NCBI RefSeq assembly: GCF_963921235.1 | Contig: NC_086097.1 | Location: forward strand, 127,908,001 to 127,972,000 | Source: Mobula hypostoma | Taxonomy: Eukaryota | Length of the DNA: 64,000 nt | Direction of reading: 5' to 3' | In this document: in pieces, positions 46,797 to 59,430 of the stretch | Layout: every line of letters starts with the position of its first letter | How positions within the stretch are numbered: the stretch's first letter is position 1 | Notes under the pieces: model-generated | What the model saw: the letters and a program-made list of their open reading frames with translations, nothing else | Database searches by the model: none | What the model was told of the DNA's origin: nothing | Position numbers and translations under genes: made by a program

Positions 46797-49740
46797 CAAG
46801 ATGGCGCCAGTGAACCATGGCAACATTCTGCAGGCTACATACGAAACTTATAAAAATACCTCTTTTGAATTACTCTCGCTCAGTCTGCAGCATGTAATTT
46901 CCCTTTAAGCAATGTACTTTTGAATCGGCTTAACGAACTACAGATTTCACAATGTTGCGAAAGACTCCGCAGACTTAACTCTCTAAGGGCAATGGTGCTG
47001 TATCGTAGGGAAATGAGGAATTGTCATGTTCTGTGTTTTACCGAAATGTGGCTCACTCAGAATATGCCAGACACAGTGATCAGTCCTGGAGGTTCCTCGA
47101 TACACAAAATAAATCGAACAGCTGATTCAGAAAAGGCAAAAGGTGAAGATATGCGTTTCATGATAAACTGTCTGTGGTGCTCCAATGTGACAATTATGTC
47201 ATATTTGTGTTCCCCCGACCTTGAACACCTAAGGATTAAATGCTGATCATTCTATTTACCAAGTGAGGTCTCTTCCATGATCCTGACCACAGTTTATCAG
47301 TGTCCGACTATAATCGTGCGCTTGAGATACAGCATGATGCTGTCACCAAACAAGAAGCTAATGCATTTCAAATCATAGTTGGAGATTTCAATCAGGCTTG
47401 CTTGAAGAAATCCCCACCCAATTACCATCAGTATATAAACTGTAGCACCAGAGGTCCCAAGACACTAGACTGCTGCTATACTAAGATAAGGAATGCCTAC
47501 TGTTTCATGGCCAGATTGCATTGTAAGAAATCTGATCACTTGGCTGCTCTTCTCCTACCTGCATGCAGGCAGAGGATAAAGAGCAAAGCTGCAGAGACTA
47601 GGAGAACAAAGAAGTGGTTGTGGGAGGCTGATGAGCTCTATGGGATTGCTTCAAGTCAGTGAATTGGGTCGAGTTCAATGACTCATTTGTGGATCTGAAC
47701 AAATACACCACGATAGTCACAGACTTTGTACAAAACAGTCGTAGATGAGGGTGTCCCACAAAATCATTCAGAGTCTTCCCCAACCTGAAGCGATGGTTGA
47801 ACCATTAGATTTGCAGTCTGCTGAGAGCCAGGTCAGCGGCATTCAAGTTCAGCGACCAAGAAATTTACAAGAGGTCAAGGTACGATCTCTGGAAAGCCAT
47901 CTCATGGGCGAAGTGACAATTCCAGACTAAACTTGAAACAGTGAAGGATGCTTGACAGCTGTGGCAGGGTTTGAATGCTATCACCTCCAACAAAGCAAAA
48001 TCAAGTGTTGCTGAAAACAGTGTTTTCCTTCCAGATAAGCTCGCTTTGACCTTCTAAGCATGGAGGAACCGTCAAGAACTTCCACAGCCCCCCATGACCC
48101 TGTGATTTCAGTCTCTGAGGTCGACATGAGAGCATCCTTCAGGAAAGCTTTTGGCCCAGATGGGATACGTGGCTGAGTACTAAAGACCTGTGCTGACCAA
48201 CTGGCTGGAGTTTTCACTGATACCATTAGCCACTTGTTTTGGCAGTCTGAGGAACCCACCTGGTTCAACTGCTGTATACTGATGCCTAAGAAGGATGCAG
48301 TAGCTTGTCTCAATAACTATTACCCTGTAGCACAGAGGCTGGTGATGAAACATATCAGCTCCTGCCTGAGGAGTGACTTGGATCTGCTCCATTTTGTCTA
48401 CAGGCACAACAGATCCACAGCAGATGCCATTTCATTGGCTTTTCACTCATCTCTGGAATATTTGGACTTACATCAGTTTTCTCTTTATCAACTATAGCTC
48501 AGCATTCAATACTATCATTCCCTCAAAACTAATCAATAAGCTTCAGAACCTTGGCCTCTATTGGCTTGTGCAATTGGATCCTTGATTTCCTTGCTCACAG
48601 ACCTCAGTAATTTGGATTGGGAACAACATCTCCTCCACAATCTCCATCAGCACAGGTGCACAACAAGGCTGTGTGCTTAGCCCCTGCTCTGCTCACTTTA
48701 TACTTATGACTGTGTGCCTAAGCAAAACTCCAATTCCATATTTAAGTTTGCTGACGACGCCACTGTTGTTGGCCAAATCAAAGGTGGTGACAAATTAACA
48801 TAGAGGAGGGAGATTGAGAATCTGACTGAATAGTGTAACACCAACAACCTCTCACTCAACATCAGCAAGACCAAGGAACTGTTATTGACTTCAGGAGGAG
48901 GAAACCGGACAGTCCTGACTGGGGAATCAGAGGCAGAGAGCGTTAGCAACTTTAAATTTCTCAGTGTTATCATTTTAGAGGACTTGTCCTGGACGCAGCA
49001 CGTAAATGCAATTATGAAGAAAGCACGGCCTCACCTCTACTTCCTTAGAACTTTGTGAAGGTTCAGCATGATATCTAAAACTTTGACAAACTTCTATAGC
49101 TGTGTGGTGGTGAGTATATTGAGTGGTTGCATCACAGCCAGGTATGGAAACATTAATGAACTTGAATGGAAAATTCACAAAAAATAGTGGATGCAGCCCA
49201 GTCCATCATGGGTAAAGTCTTCCCCACCACTGAGCACATCTGCAGGATGTGCTGTCGCAGGAAAGCAGCATCCTTCGTCAGGTATCCCCACCACCCAGGT
49301 CACTGCTGTCATCAGGAAGAAGGTACAGGAACCTCAGACCTCACAGCACCAGGTTCAGGAACCGTTATTGCCCCTCAACCATTAGGCTGTTGAATCAGAG
49401 GGATAACTTCATTCAACTTCACTTGCCTCATGACTGAACATGCCCTCAAGCCATGGACTTGTGTTCAAGGAGTCTTCATCTCATGTCCTTGATACTTAAT
49501 GCTTATTATTATTATTATTATTACTGCATTTCATATTTTCCATTTCTGTTTGTACTTGCACAGTTTGTTGCCTTTTGCACATTGGTTAACTGCCCTGTTG
49601 GCGCAGTCTTTCATTGATTTTATTATGATTATTGGATTTATTGAGTATGCTTACAAGAAAATGAATCTTAGGGTTGTATACAGTGACATATATAGGTTTG
49701 TACTTTGACAATTAATTTACTTTGAACTTTAAACTTTGAT
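46797..49740 (+). mobile_element. Near-full-length Rex1/Babar LINE (APE plus RT), decayed
   Basis: 5' CAAGATGGCGCC; VLCFTEMWL, CSPDLEHL, IIVGDFNQ and KSDHL (APE); [20 protein letters not shown] and KFADD (RT); RFRNRYCP; tail TTTACTTTGAACTTT. Confidence 0.9.
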
Positions 49741-50659
49741 CTTTATCTAGGTATGAGTGCTTGGAAACAAATTTAACTTTGCACTTAATGTTCATTGGTA
49801 TACATAGTCCTTTCACCAATTTAAGTTGTGCTGATTAGCCAATCTGTGATTAAATAAGGATAACCTCAAAAGCTGTTAATAGTTTTGAAAATTTAAATCC
49901 AAGAATTAAGGAAAACATATTAGACATTGACAGGAAGGTCTCTGATTTAACCACACAAGCGTCTTGATTTCTGAGGAATGCAGAAGTAAAGGCAGATGAG
50001 GAAGAGGATTTGCTTAAGCAAGCAGGGAATCATATTTTTATCTGTTTTCCTATTGTTTATAATTTGGGCGCTTGGCAAAAGATGTCTCCACAAGATGGGA
50101 GTAGTGTTCCAAAGTCGAAAGCACAGCAATACTTGGAGAAGTAATGTATACTGGAAATAGTTCGCACCTTTCATTTTCTATTTTATTGCAGAGTTTGAAT
50201 AAATTTGATCTGTCCAAGAATAACTTCCTTATTTGCAGAAGTGAATTATCTCCATCACCCTTGAACAGAGCCATAAGCTTCACAGACAATCAAGCCATGG
50301 GAAGTTGAGATGGACTGCTAGAATTCCATCTGCCCAACAGTGCTAGTGTATGCTGGGATTTTTATTAAAACCGCACAAATTTGTTGGCTCCCATATTCTT
50401 GTAAAATGTTCAAGCATGCTTGGGATAATCCTTAGATTCTTCAACATAGCATAAATTTGATCTATGTTGGATATAATAAGACTGGAAAATAAATTTGGTG
50501 AAATATTATCTGAAACTTGCATCTTCTATATTTATCAATGGTATGAGCCTTCTGATGGCACCTTGACCAACTTTCAATACTACAGGCTTTTCCACAGTGC
50601 CATCCGACAAGTTATTTATTTCCCTGCCTACGTTCTTCTCTTTTTTTCCTGATTACTCC

Positions 50660-50920
50660 CTTAGGATCGAAGATGACAATTTTGTGGGCTTTGAGATGAC
50701 TCTTCCACAGATGGGACAGGTGGCCTCAGATGGTTGTGCAGGAGGTTAGTTTGAAAGGTGGTGCACACCTTTGACAGGTTGTGTAGGACATCTGTGAGTT
50801 CCTGATGCAGAGCCTCAAGGTTCTCAGCATGTCCTTCCCCACTTTGAGTAACCAAGAGTCTGTGGAGATGGTACACCTTTTTAAGGAAACTTAGAGCACT
50901 TTCTGTGATCTTTTCCAACC
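50660..50920 (-). mobile_element. RTE-clade LINE 3' end, degraded
   Basis: Alternative frames give ...PSEATCPICGRVIS...LSSSILR, resembling the C-terminal CPxC...SHLR knuckle of vertebrate RTE ORFs. Confidence 0.55.
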
Positions 50921-50949
50921 CTGCATTCACTCAATCAACTAACTGCTAC

Positions 50950-51340
50950 TTGATCTTTCAAGAAAGCAACATCTATCATCAAAGTTCTTCCATTATCCGG
51001 ACCATATTATCTTCCCACAGCCAAGAGTTATAAAATTCTGAAGTCTCACACCACCAGGTTCAAGAACAGTCAACCTTCGCTTCAAACATTTGGTTCTTGA
51101 ACCAATCTGCACAATCCTAATCACTACCTCAGCATAGCAACTCTACGAGCACTGTACTCTACAATGGACTTATCTTTTGTTCAATTTGTGTTATTTTTTC
51201 ATGATTTTGTGTACTTTCTTGTGAATGTTGTGTCTCTAATGCTACGTTCCAGTGATGCTGCTGCAAGTAAGGTTTTCCTTGCATCTGTGCATACACGTAC
51301 TTGAGCATATGACAATAAGCTTGACTTTGACTTTGAATCT
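50950..51340 (+). mobile_element. Rex1/Babar 3' fragment
   Basis: KATSIIK...KSHTTRFKNS, then tail GACAATAAGCTTGACTTTGACTTTGA. Confidence 0.7.
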
Positions 51341-51879
51341 ACACCATTTTGTTGTCATGGTTCCGGCTCTGATCCTAAAGTTCTGTCATGGAAACATGCA
51401 CCTTCCTCCCTGATCAGTCAGAATGCTGCTAAAAATACTGAGAACAATCTGTAAAGATGTTCACGGAGAGAGAACAGTCTTACTGTCTTGGGAGAATGGT
51501 CCTTGAAGCAATTTATCCTCCAGTAGACATCAAAGCCTTCTGTATCCCCCTGTCTATTTCCAATATGAAGCTGCAATGCTTATCTAATCTTCGGCTCTAT
51601 TTCACCATTGGTTCATCCCGTCTTTTGTTGCCTGTTTCAGCCCAGGCATTTTCTTTGCATCAATGAAGCAGATGCGATAAAGCAAACATGGAGGAACTTC
51701 GTAGGTCGATGTGTTTGAGAGGTGGGGGAAGTTGAGACCTTGCATTATTCCACTCCTCCTGAACGCATGAACCATGGAGTTCCTGCAAAAGTTTGCTTAT
51801 TTGGCTCCAGACTTAGAATCAAGCAATGAATCTGTGGGATACTTGATGTTAATATAAAATGAAACAGTTTAATTCTCGG

Positions 51880-52600
51880 AGGGCAGTGCAAAGTTAAGAT
51901 GGTGCTAAGCGGCGACTCCTTTGCTTGCATCATCGGAAACAGCTCTATTTTTATCTTTGATGTCTCTTTTCTCCCTTTTCAAGGTCTTTGAAAACCCTGA
52001 CCTGGAGTTACACTCTGACTTAGGTTCTTTGTGGGAATGGGTCCTGCTGTCAGGGCCTCACAACCGGCTGCTTTTTGATATCCCGAGGACGCAGCCTGGA
52101 AGACTAGCATGCCTGCTGGATTTTTGTGGCTCTGGAGACAGACTGATTCAAGGCCGGTGCCCCTGACTGAGGCATCGCGGGAGAACATGGAACATTGGGA
52201 GCAGGGGTTAGGTTTGTTATGTCTCCGCTCTCGCTGTGAAACAGGGACACTTCTTTTTCCCTTATTAGGGAGAGAGAGAGCCCGTGGTATGTCGAATTAC
52301 CAGGTGAAAAAGTAGTCTTTGGGGTACTGCAAGTCTGTGTCTTTATTAATGTGTTGCTGCATGCTTGAGTGCTCGATAGAGGGAACCAATGCTTTTTTGC
52401 TGGTGGGCGTGGGAGGGGGTGTCATTGGCTTACTGCTACTTGTGCGTGGGAGGGAGAGCTGGGGGGGTTTGGAGTTCTAACTTTCAACTGTCATTTATTC
52501 TTTGGGGCACTCGTCTGTTTCCATGGATGTTTGCGAAGAAAAAGCATTTCAAATGTATGTTGTATACATTTCTCTGATATTAAATGTACCTGTTGAAACG
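51880..52600 (+). mobile_element. Non-coding retroposon, AAGATGG head and Rex1-like tail
   Basis: AAGATGGTG at 51896; homologous to 38703-39508; tail GAAGAAAAAGCATTTC...GATATTAAATGTACCTGTTGAA. Confidence 0.75.
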
Positions 52601-53394
52601 GTTTAAGATGGAGCTGGTGAAGCCCACTGCCTACTTATCGGTGGCCAACAAAACAAAGAATACAACTAAATATTTTATTTACAGCACTTCTTCTGGTAAA
52701 ATTTATTTTATTCTGGTAAAATTGATAAACAATCACAGCAAACAATGGAGAGGCAAACAAGGTGAGGTTGAGTTGAGGGTGAAGCAAACAGGCTCGAGGC
52801 GAGGTCGAGGCAGATTCAAAGTGAGTGGAGGCAAGGCAAGGTCAAAAAAGAATGTTGGGCTATCCATTTAAACCGAAGTTTGATCAATCTAAGCTCCAGG
52901 TCAATTTGGAAAGGTCTGGTATGGCCCGAAACGTGGCAATGGGTCCAGGCCCAGAGTGTATTGAAGCAACAGGGCCCAGGTCTTAGAGTGTGAAATGACC
53001 TGATGTTTGGACAATTTAAATGCCAGACCAGATGGTTTGAGAAGGCAAGGTGTCAGGATCAGAAGCAAGGGTCGGGCCATTTCTACTCGCTGCTCTATGA
53101 CATTTACTCAACTCTTTACTGAATTGAGGCTGAGGCTGTGGCCTTCTCAGGCTTCCTCGGGCTTTGTGTCAAAGGACCCACTTCCATTCTGAATGCTATT
53201 TACTTACTTTTATTGATTGCACATTGCTTTTTTTCCCCTCTCTCTGCACATTGGGTGTTTGACGGACTTCTTTTTTAATGGGTTCTTTTGGGTGTCTTTG
53301 TTTTGTAGCCACCTGTAAGGAGACAAATCTCAAAGTTGTATAAAATATGAGTACTTTGCTGAACAGAATGCACTTTGAACCTTGACCTTTGACC
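52601..53394 (+). mobile_element. Non-coding retroposon, AAGATGG head and Rex1-like tail (different body)
   Basis: AAGATGGAG at 52605; tail AATCTCAAAGTTGTATA...TACTTTG...CACTTTGAACCTTGA. Confidence 0.6.
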
Positions 53395-53689
53395 ATCTGA
53401 AAGTATTGAAGCCACTCAACAGGTCAGGCAGCATAATGGAAAAGAGAAGACTTGACTATGAATGGCTGAAGGGGAGGGGGCATTCTGATGCAGTGTAATC
53501 TTACTGAGGTTTAAAAAACTCATCAGAAGCCAGGAATATGAGATGGGAATTCCCGAGATGTTACCGGCCCACTCACTGGACAGGGATGCTATTGGTTGAA
53601 GGTCAGGTGGTATCAGTTCCTCTCTGGTCACCAGTTCTGATTCGCTTTCTGAGTCTCCTTCTGCCTCTCCAGCTGGTCCATGTTCCACG

Positions 53690-54530
53690 TTCAATGGTTC
53701 AATTGAATATCAGAGAACGTGTACGCTATACAACCTGCAACTGTTACGCTTCTCCGCCGTCCATGAAACAGAGGGAAAAAAAAGAATGAATGACAGAAAA
53801 ACTGTTTGAAACCCAAAGCCCCCCTCTCCCTCCTACCACAAGCAGCAGCAAAACATCACCCCTCCCCCTTCCCCCAGTCGTTCCAGCAAAAATCATCAGC
53901 CCCCACCACCCACCATGCAAGCAATAATAAACCCACAGAGACCACAATCTAGAGTCCGACAAAAACTACTGTCTATCCCAACATCGTGACATCCCAACAG
54001 ATCCTCTCTCTCACAAATGAGGGAGATAGTGATATTGCTCCTGCCACATTGAGAGAGGAGGCCAACAGCTCGCTGTTTCGACGTCACAGTCTGCAGCGTC
54101 GCTTATTCGAGTTCTCCCAACTTGAGAATCAGCAGGCCCTCTCTCACCATTGAGAGAGACCGCTCGAGTACAGAGGCCTCGAACAGCTGTTCCCGCCGCC
54201 CCGATGTTTCGATTTCCCATGATGCTTCAGTCAGCAATGTTGACGCGGAATCGGATCATCCACAGGGCCGCATCCCGAAGGCACACATATTTCAAACTGC
54301 TCCTGCAGATACTGAAGTACAAAGCCACTGAGAGCGAGAACCTACTGCCCATGAAGAACACAGTCTGAGCAAATCTGTAGATCATGGGCTCCGACACGAC
54401 CCGAGCCATCTTGAAAAGGAAAGAAGAATCATGAGATCAGAAGATTTAAACTGTTTTGTGGATGAACCTGAAGGAATTGCATAGGTCCACAAAAACCTCT
54501 GTTGTCATCTTTAACTCCTCCCGCTCCAAG
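53690..54530 (-). mobile_element. Non-coding retroposon related to 38703-39508 and 51880-52600
   Basis: - strand 5' TGGAGCGGGAGGAGTTAAAGATGAC; G-rich 3' half; tail CAGGTTGTATAGCGTACACGTTCTCTGATATTCAATTGAACCATTGAA. Confidence 0.65.
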
Positions 54531-55419
54531 ATCTCCATGTAGTCCGGAAATGAGAGGGTTATTGTATGAGGGGCTGTGGGCCTGCACTCACTGGAGTTTA
54601 GAAGAATGGGGAGGGATCTCATGGGAACATATCAAATATTGCAAAGCCCAGATAGAGTGAATGTGGAGAGAACGTTTCTTATTGTGGGTGAGTCTAGGAA
54701 CATAGCTCACTGCCTCAGAATAGAGGATTGTATTTGGTGACATATGTACTTTGATAATAAGTTCACTTATCTTTGAACTTTTAATTTTGAATGCCAAAGC
54801 ATCACAAAGCTCAAACTTGAAAGGGAGCAGATGAAAGAATCGGGACTCAGCTCAAGTGTCTACAATCATCATTAGATAACAAAAAAAGAAAAGAGATGTG
54901 AAGACTCCTGTGACACACAGGGTGCCAGAAAAACACACTGGGTCAGAAGCACCTATGGAGAGAAATCAACAGTTGATGCTTCAGGTAAAAAAAATTAGAG
55001 GGGAGATAAAGAGGTGCAGGGACGGGGTTTAGTGAGAGCGAGAAAGTGATTGGTGGATACTCTGGGTGAGATGATAGCAACTATGACCTGGGTGTCTGCT
55101 CATGCTCATGGTGCAGTCTGAACTCTTAAACAAATATTTACAGTATTCCTTCAGCACAAAGCTTTGCAAATGTATTTTGTTTTCCTTCTCTTTGAGGTTG
55201 CTCTTGGCTGTAGAGCACATGTCTCCATAGATAACACAGGGATGTGGGAGGTGAAACTTAAAAGAATCCACCGGTATTCTTGTGTAATTTGATCCAGGCA
55301 AGGCAGAAGCAACCATCAAAGCCGTCTCTAATGCTATTAACTCCAAACAAAGCAGCTCCATACAAGAAACACACAGTATAATCTCCACTTGCTGCAGCCA
55401 ACACTACTCTTGCATGGCA

Positions 55420-55900
55420 TCCTTAACGTGGGAGAACATCCTGTGATCCGGCATCATGGCCTGGTATGGAACTGCTGGTGTCCAAGACTGGAAAAGCCCA
55501 CAAAAAGTGATGGATACAGCCCAGTGCTTCACTGGCAAAGCCCTGCACACCACTGAGCATATCTACAAGGAGTGATGCCACAAGAAAGCAGCATCTATCA
55601 TCAAGGATTCCCACCAGCCAGGACATGCTCTGTTCTTGCTGCTGCCATTGGAAAGGAGGTAGAGAAGCCTTAGACCCCACATCACTAGGTTCAAGAACAG
55701 TTATAAACCTTTGAACCAGCATGAACAACTTCATTCACCCCAACTCTAAACTGATTCTACAGTCCATGGTGTCACTTCCAAGGACTCAGCAACTCATGTT
55801 CTCGCTAGTATCTATTTATTTATTTGTTTTCATTTTAAATATTTATTTGCACACTTAGGTGGTTTGCCAGTCTTTGCTTCAGTGTAGCTTTTCATTGATT
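55420..55900 (+). mobile_element. Rex1/Babar 3' fragment
   Basis: IMAWYGTAG...KAASIIKDSHQPGHALFLLLPLERR...HITRFKNSY. Confidence 0.75.
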
Positions 55901-57785
55901 GGTTGTCAAGAAAACAACCTCTCCCTCAATGTTGCAGAAAAAAGGAGCTGGTTGTGGACTACAGGAGGAATGGAGACAGTCTAGCCCCTATTGACATCAA
56001 TGGATCCGGGTTTGAGAGGGTGAACAATTTTAAGTTCCTCAACATAATTATCACTGAGGATCTCACGGGGTCTGTACATACTGACTGTGTGGTGAAAAAG
56101 GCACAACAGTGCCTCTTTCACCTCAGATGGTTGAAGAAGTTTGGTGTGAGCCCCCAAATCCTAAGAACTTTCTATAGGGGCACAATTGAGAGCACACTGA
56201 CTAGCTACATCACTGCCTGGTATGGGAACTGAACTTCCCTCAATTGCAGGACTCTGCAGAGAGTGGTGCGGGCAGCCCTGCACATCTGCAGATGTGTACT
56301 TCCCACTATTCATGACATTTACAAAGACAGGTGTGTAAAAAGGGCCTGAAGGATCATTAGAGACCCAAGTCACCCCAACCACAAACTGTTCCAGCTGCTA
56401 CCATCCGGGAAACGGTACCACAGCATAAAAGCCAGGAACAAAGTCCACATTCCGCTTCACGGTCTGGTCCATCGATCCTTGTTCCGGGTTTTCCTGTTTT
56501 CTCCCTTGTTCTGTTGGGGTACCTCAATTGAGGCACCAGATTCTCATTTTGGGCTGGCTACATAAATAGCTCCTGGGTTCAGCTTCATTTGCTGGCCTGT
56601 TCCCTTCCCTTCTCTTCACCTTCCTTCTGAAGCCTTGCCTGCGTCCTCGCCTGTAACGCCATCAAGTTCAACTGCCGGAGCGAGACCGGGGCCTTGCTGT
56701 GTTAAGATAAGGAGTAGTCCGTCGTTGTTTGGAATTGTCTCTTTGTGTCCTTGCCTTCGCTAGGTAGGTCCAGCCATTTGTCGCTACCTTGTGTTGGGAA
56801 CTATCTCTTTGTATCCTAGCCTCCACTGGGTAGGTCCGGCCGTTTGCTGCTACCCTGAGTGAAGAACTGTCTCTTCGTGTTGAGTGTACTGTATATAGAA
56901 AGAGCCACGGCCCTTGGTCCTGTTCCCAAGGAGGGGGTCTTGGCTCTGCTCTGTGTGCTGTGTACGAGTCCCGGCCCTATGTCCTGCTCCCAAGCAGGGG
57001 TCCCGGCTCTGTGTTCCATGTTCCCGTGCTCAAGTCTAAGGCTCCGAGGTTCCTGGGTTCCAAGTCCAAGGCTCTGAGGTTCCTGTCTCCCAAGACCAAG
57101 TCAAGGCTTTGTGTTCTCGTCCTGTCCATGTGCCTCGCCTAGCCCAGGAGTACCTCGCCCAGCCCTGTGCTGGAGTTCCCTCGTCCGGTGCTGGAGTTCT
57201 CTCGTCCTGTCCTGTAACCATGCCACGTCCTGTAGCCATGTCTTGTCCTAGCCTAAACCTGGGTTCCGGTTCCTAGTCAAGACCCAGGTTCCTAGTCCCA
57301 ACCAAGACCCAGATTCCGGGTCCTTGTCCAGGCTCTAGTTCTGGAGTCCCCTGTGCCTAGTCCAGGCTCCATGGTCCTAGTTCCTTGTCCGGGTTCTGTG
57401 TTTCTTGTCCATGTCCAAGCCCAGGCATTGCATCCTAGTCTTGTCCAGGACCTGTGTCAATGTCCAGCGTCGTTCCTTCCCTTGCTTTCTTGACAAACCT
57501 AGTCCTGTTCCTAGAACACTGTGGCTTGCATTTGGGTCTGCCCTTCAGCGCCCCCGTGTAACACCAACAGGATCTGGGACAGCTTCTTCCACCAGGCCAT
57601 CAGACTGCTTAACTCATCATGATGCAACTGTATCTCTGTGTTATATTTACTATGCTGTTGTACATACTCTTTATTATAAATTACTATAAATTACACATTG
57701 CACATTTAGACAAAGATGTAACATAAAGATGTTTACTCCTCATGTATATGAAGGATGTAAGTAATAAAGTCAATTCAATTCAATA
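55901..57785 (+). mobile_element. Rex1/Babar LINE 3' part, split by an LTR
   Basis: KELVVDYRR...FKFLNIIITEDL...KKAQQCLFHLRWLKKFG...SIKAR, then after the insertion TNRIWDSFFHQAIRL and tail AATAAAGTCAATTCAATTCAA. Confidence 0.85.
56441..57563 (+). mobile_element. Solo LTR, same family as 22026-23149, 5' end clipped
   Basis: CACGGTCTGGTCCATCGATCCTTGTTCCGGGTTTTCCTG start, CATAAATA box and CTTGCATTTGGGTC...TGTAACA end match the 22026 LTR. Confidence 0.82.
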
Positions 57786-57799
57786 GTACTGTATTTCTT

Positions 57800-58170
57800 C
57801 ATTCTACTAAGAATGCATGCAAGAAATTGAATCCTCATGATATAAGTGCACCTTGATAATAAATTTACTTTGAAATCTGGCTTGTTTAGTTTTGTTTGGG
57901 GAAAGTAACTGTTTTGAGCCTTGTGGTCTGGCATGCATGCTTTGTAGCCTCCTCCCTGGTGGGAGTGGTGCCAACAGTCCATGAGCACGGTGAGTGGGAT
58001 CCTTCATGACGTTACTGTTTTTTTTTCCGGCACCTTTCTGTCTATATGTCCTTGATGGCGAGTAGGTAGGTGCTGGGGTGTGTAGGATGGTTTTGATACC
58101 TGTTGTAGACCTACTTGTCCATCGCAGTGTAGTTTCCATACCATGCAATGATGCAGCACGTTAGGATGTC
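57800..58170 (-). mobile_element. Rex1/Babar 3' fragment
   Basis: VMKDPTHRAHGLLAPLPPGRRLQSMHAR. Confidence 0.7.
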
Positions 58171-58289
58171 CATAATCATAACTACTCCTTGTGAATAATA
58201 ATGTCATGTGGTAAGTAGTTGGAACTGGTCCATAGTCTCTGGGAGTGTGATAAGTGCAGTTTCAAATGAGAATTTGATGAATATTTAAG

Positions 58290-59430
58290 GCATCTGATAA
58301 GATTCCCCATGCAAGACTCCTTCAGAAAGTAAGGAGGCATGGGATCCAAGGAGGCCTTGCTTTGTGGATCCAGAATTGGCTTACCAACAGAAGGCAAAGA
58401 GTGGTTGTAGATAGTTCGTATTCTATATGGAGGTTGGTGGCCAGTGGTGTTCAGCAGGGATCTGTTCTGGGACCCTTTGTGATTTTTTATAAATGACCTG
58501 GATGAAGAAATAGAAGGGTGGGTTAGTAAGTTTGCTGATGACACAAAGGTTGGGGGTGTTGTGGATAGTGTAGAGGGCTGTCAAATGTTACAGCGAGACA
58601 TTGATAGGATGCAGAGCTGGGTTGAGAAATGGCAGATGGACTTCAACTTAGATAAGCGTGAAGTGGTTTATTTTGGTAGGTCAAATTTGAAGACAGAATA
58701 TAATACTGTATAAATGGTAAGACTCTTGGCAGTGTGGAGGATCTGAGAGATCTTGCGGTCCGTGTCTATAGGACACTCAAAGCTGCTGCGCAGGTTGAGA
58801 GTGTTGTTAAGAAGGCATATGGTGTGTTGGCATTCATCAGCAGTGGGATTGAGTTCAAGAGCTGAGAGGTAATGTTACAGCTATATAGGACCCTGGTCAG
58901 ACCCCACTTGGAGTGCTGTGCTCAGTTCTGGTCACCTCACTACAGGAAGGATGTGGATACTATTGAGAGCATGCAGGGGAGATTTACAAGGATGTTGCCT
59001 GGATTGGAGGGTCTACGTTATGAGAATAGGTTGAGTGAACTCAGCCTTTTCTCATTGGAGCGACAGCGGATGAGAGATGACTTGATAGAGGTATATAAGA
59101 TGATGAGAGGCATTTATCGTTTGGATAGCCAGAGGCTTTTTTCCAGGGCTGAAATGGCTAACACAAAGGGGCTTAGTTTTAAGGTGCTTTGAAACAGGTA
59201 CTTGGGATGTCATGGGTAAATTTTTCACACAGAAAGTGGTGGATACTTGGAATGCACTGCCGGTGGCGGTGGTGGAAGTATCTACAATAGGGTCTTTTAA
59301 GAGACTCCTGGTTAGGTACATGGAGCTTAGAAAAATAGAAGGCTATTTTCTAGAGTAGGTTATATGGTCGGCACAACACTGTGGGCCGAAGGGCCTGTGA
59401 TGTGCTGTAGCTTTCTATGTTCTATGTATC
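58290..59430 (+). mobile_element. CR1 LINE, 5'-truncated
   Basis: SKFADDTKVG...LYRTLVRPHLECCAQFW...DDLIEVYKMMRG, ending TTCTATGTTCTATG. Confidence 0.92.

Noticed and set aside
49947..50289. ORFs in unique DNA, also 55029..55388 and 59879..60091
   Set aside because: No recognisable domain or splice structure; lengths are compatible with chance.
50661..50930. Protein-like ORF (MNAGLEKITES...) as a host exon
   Set aside because: Other frames match an RTE LINE C-terminal knuckle, and there are no convincing splice sites.
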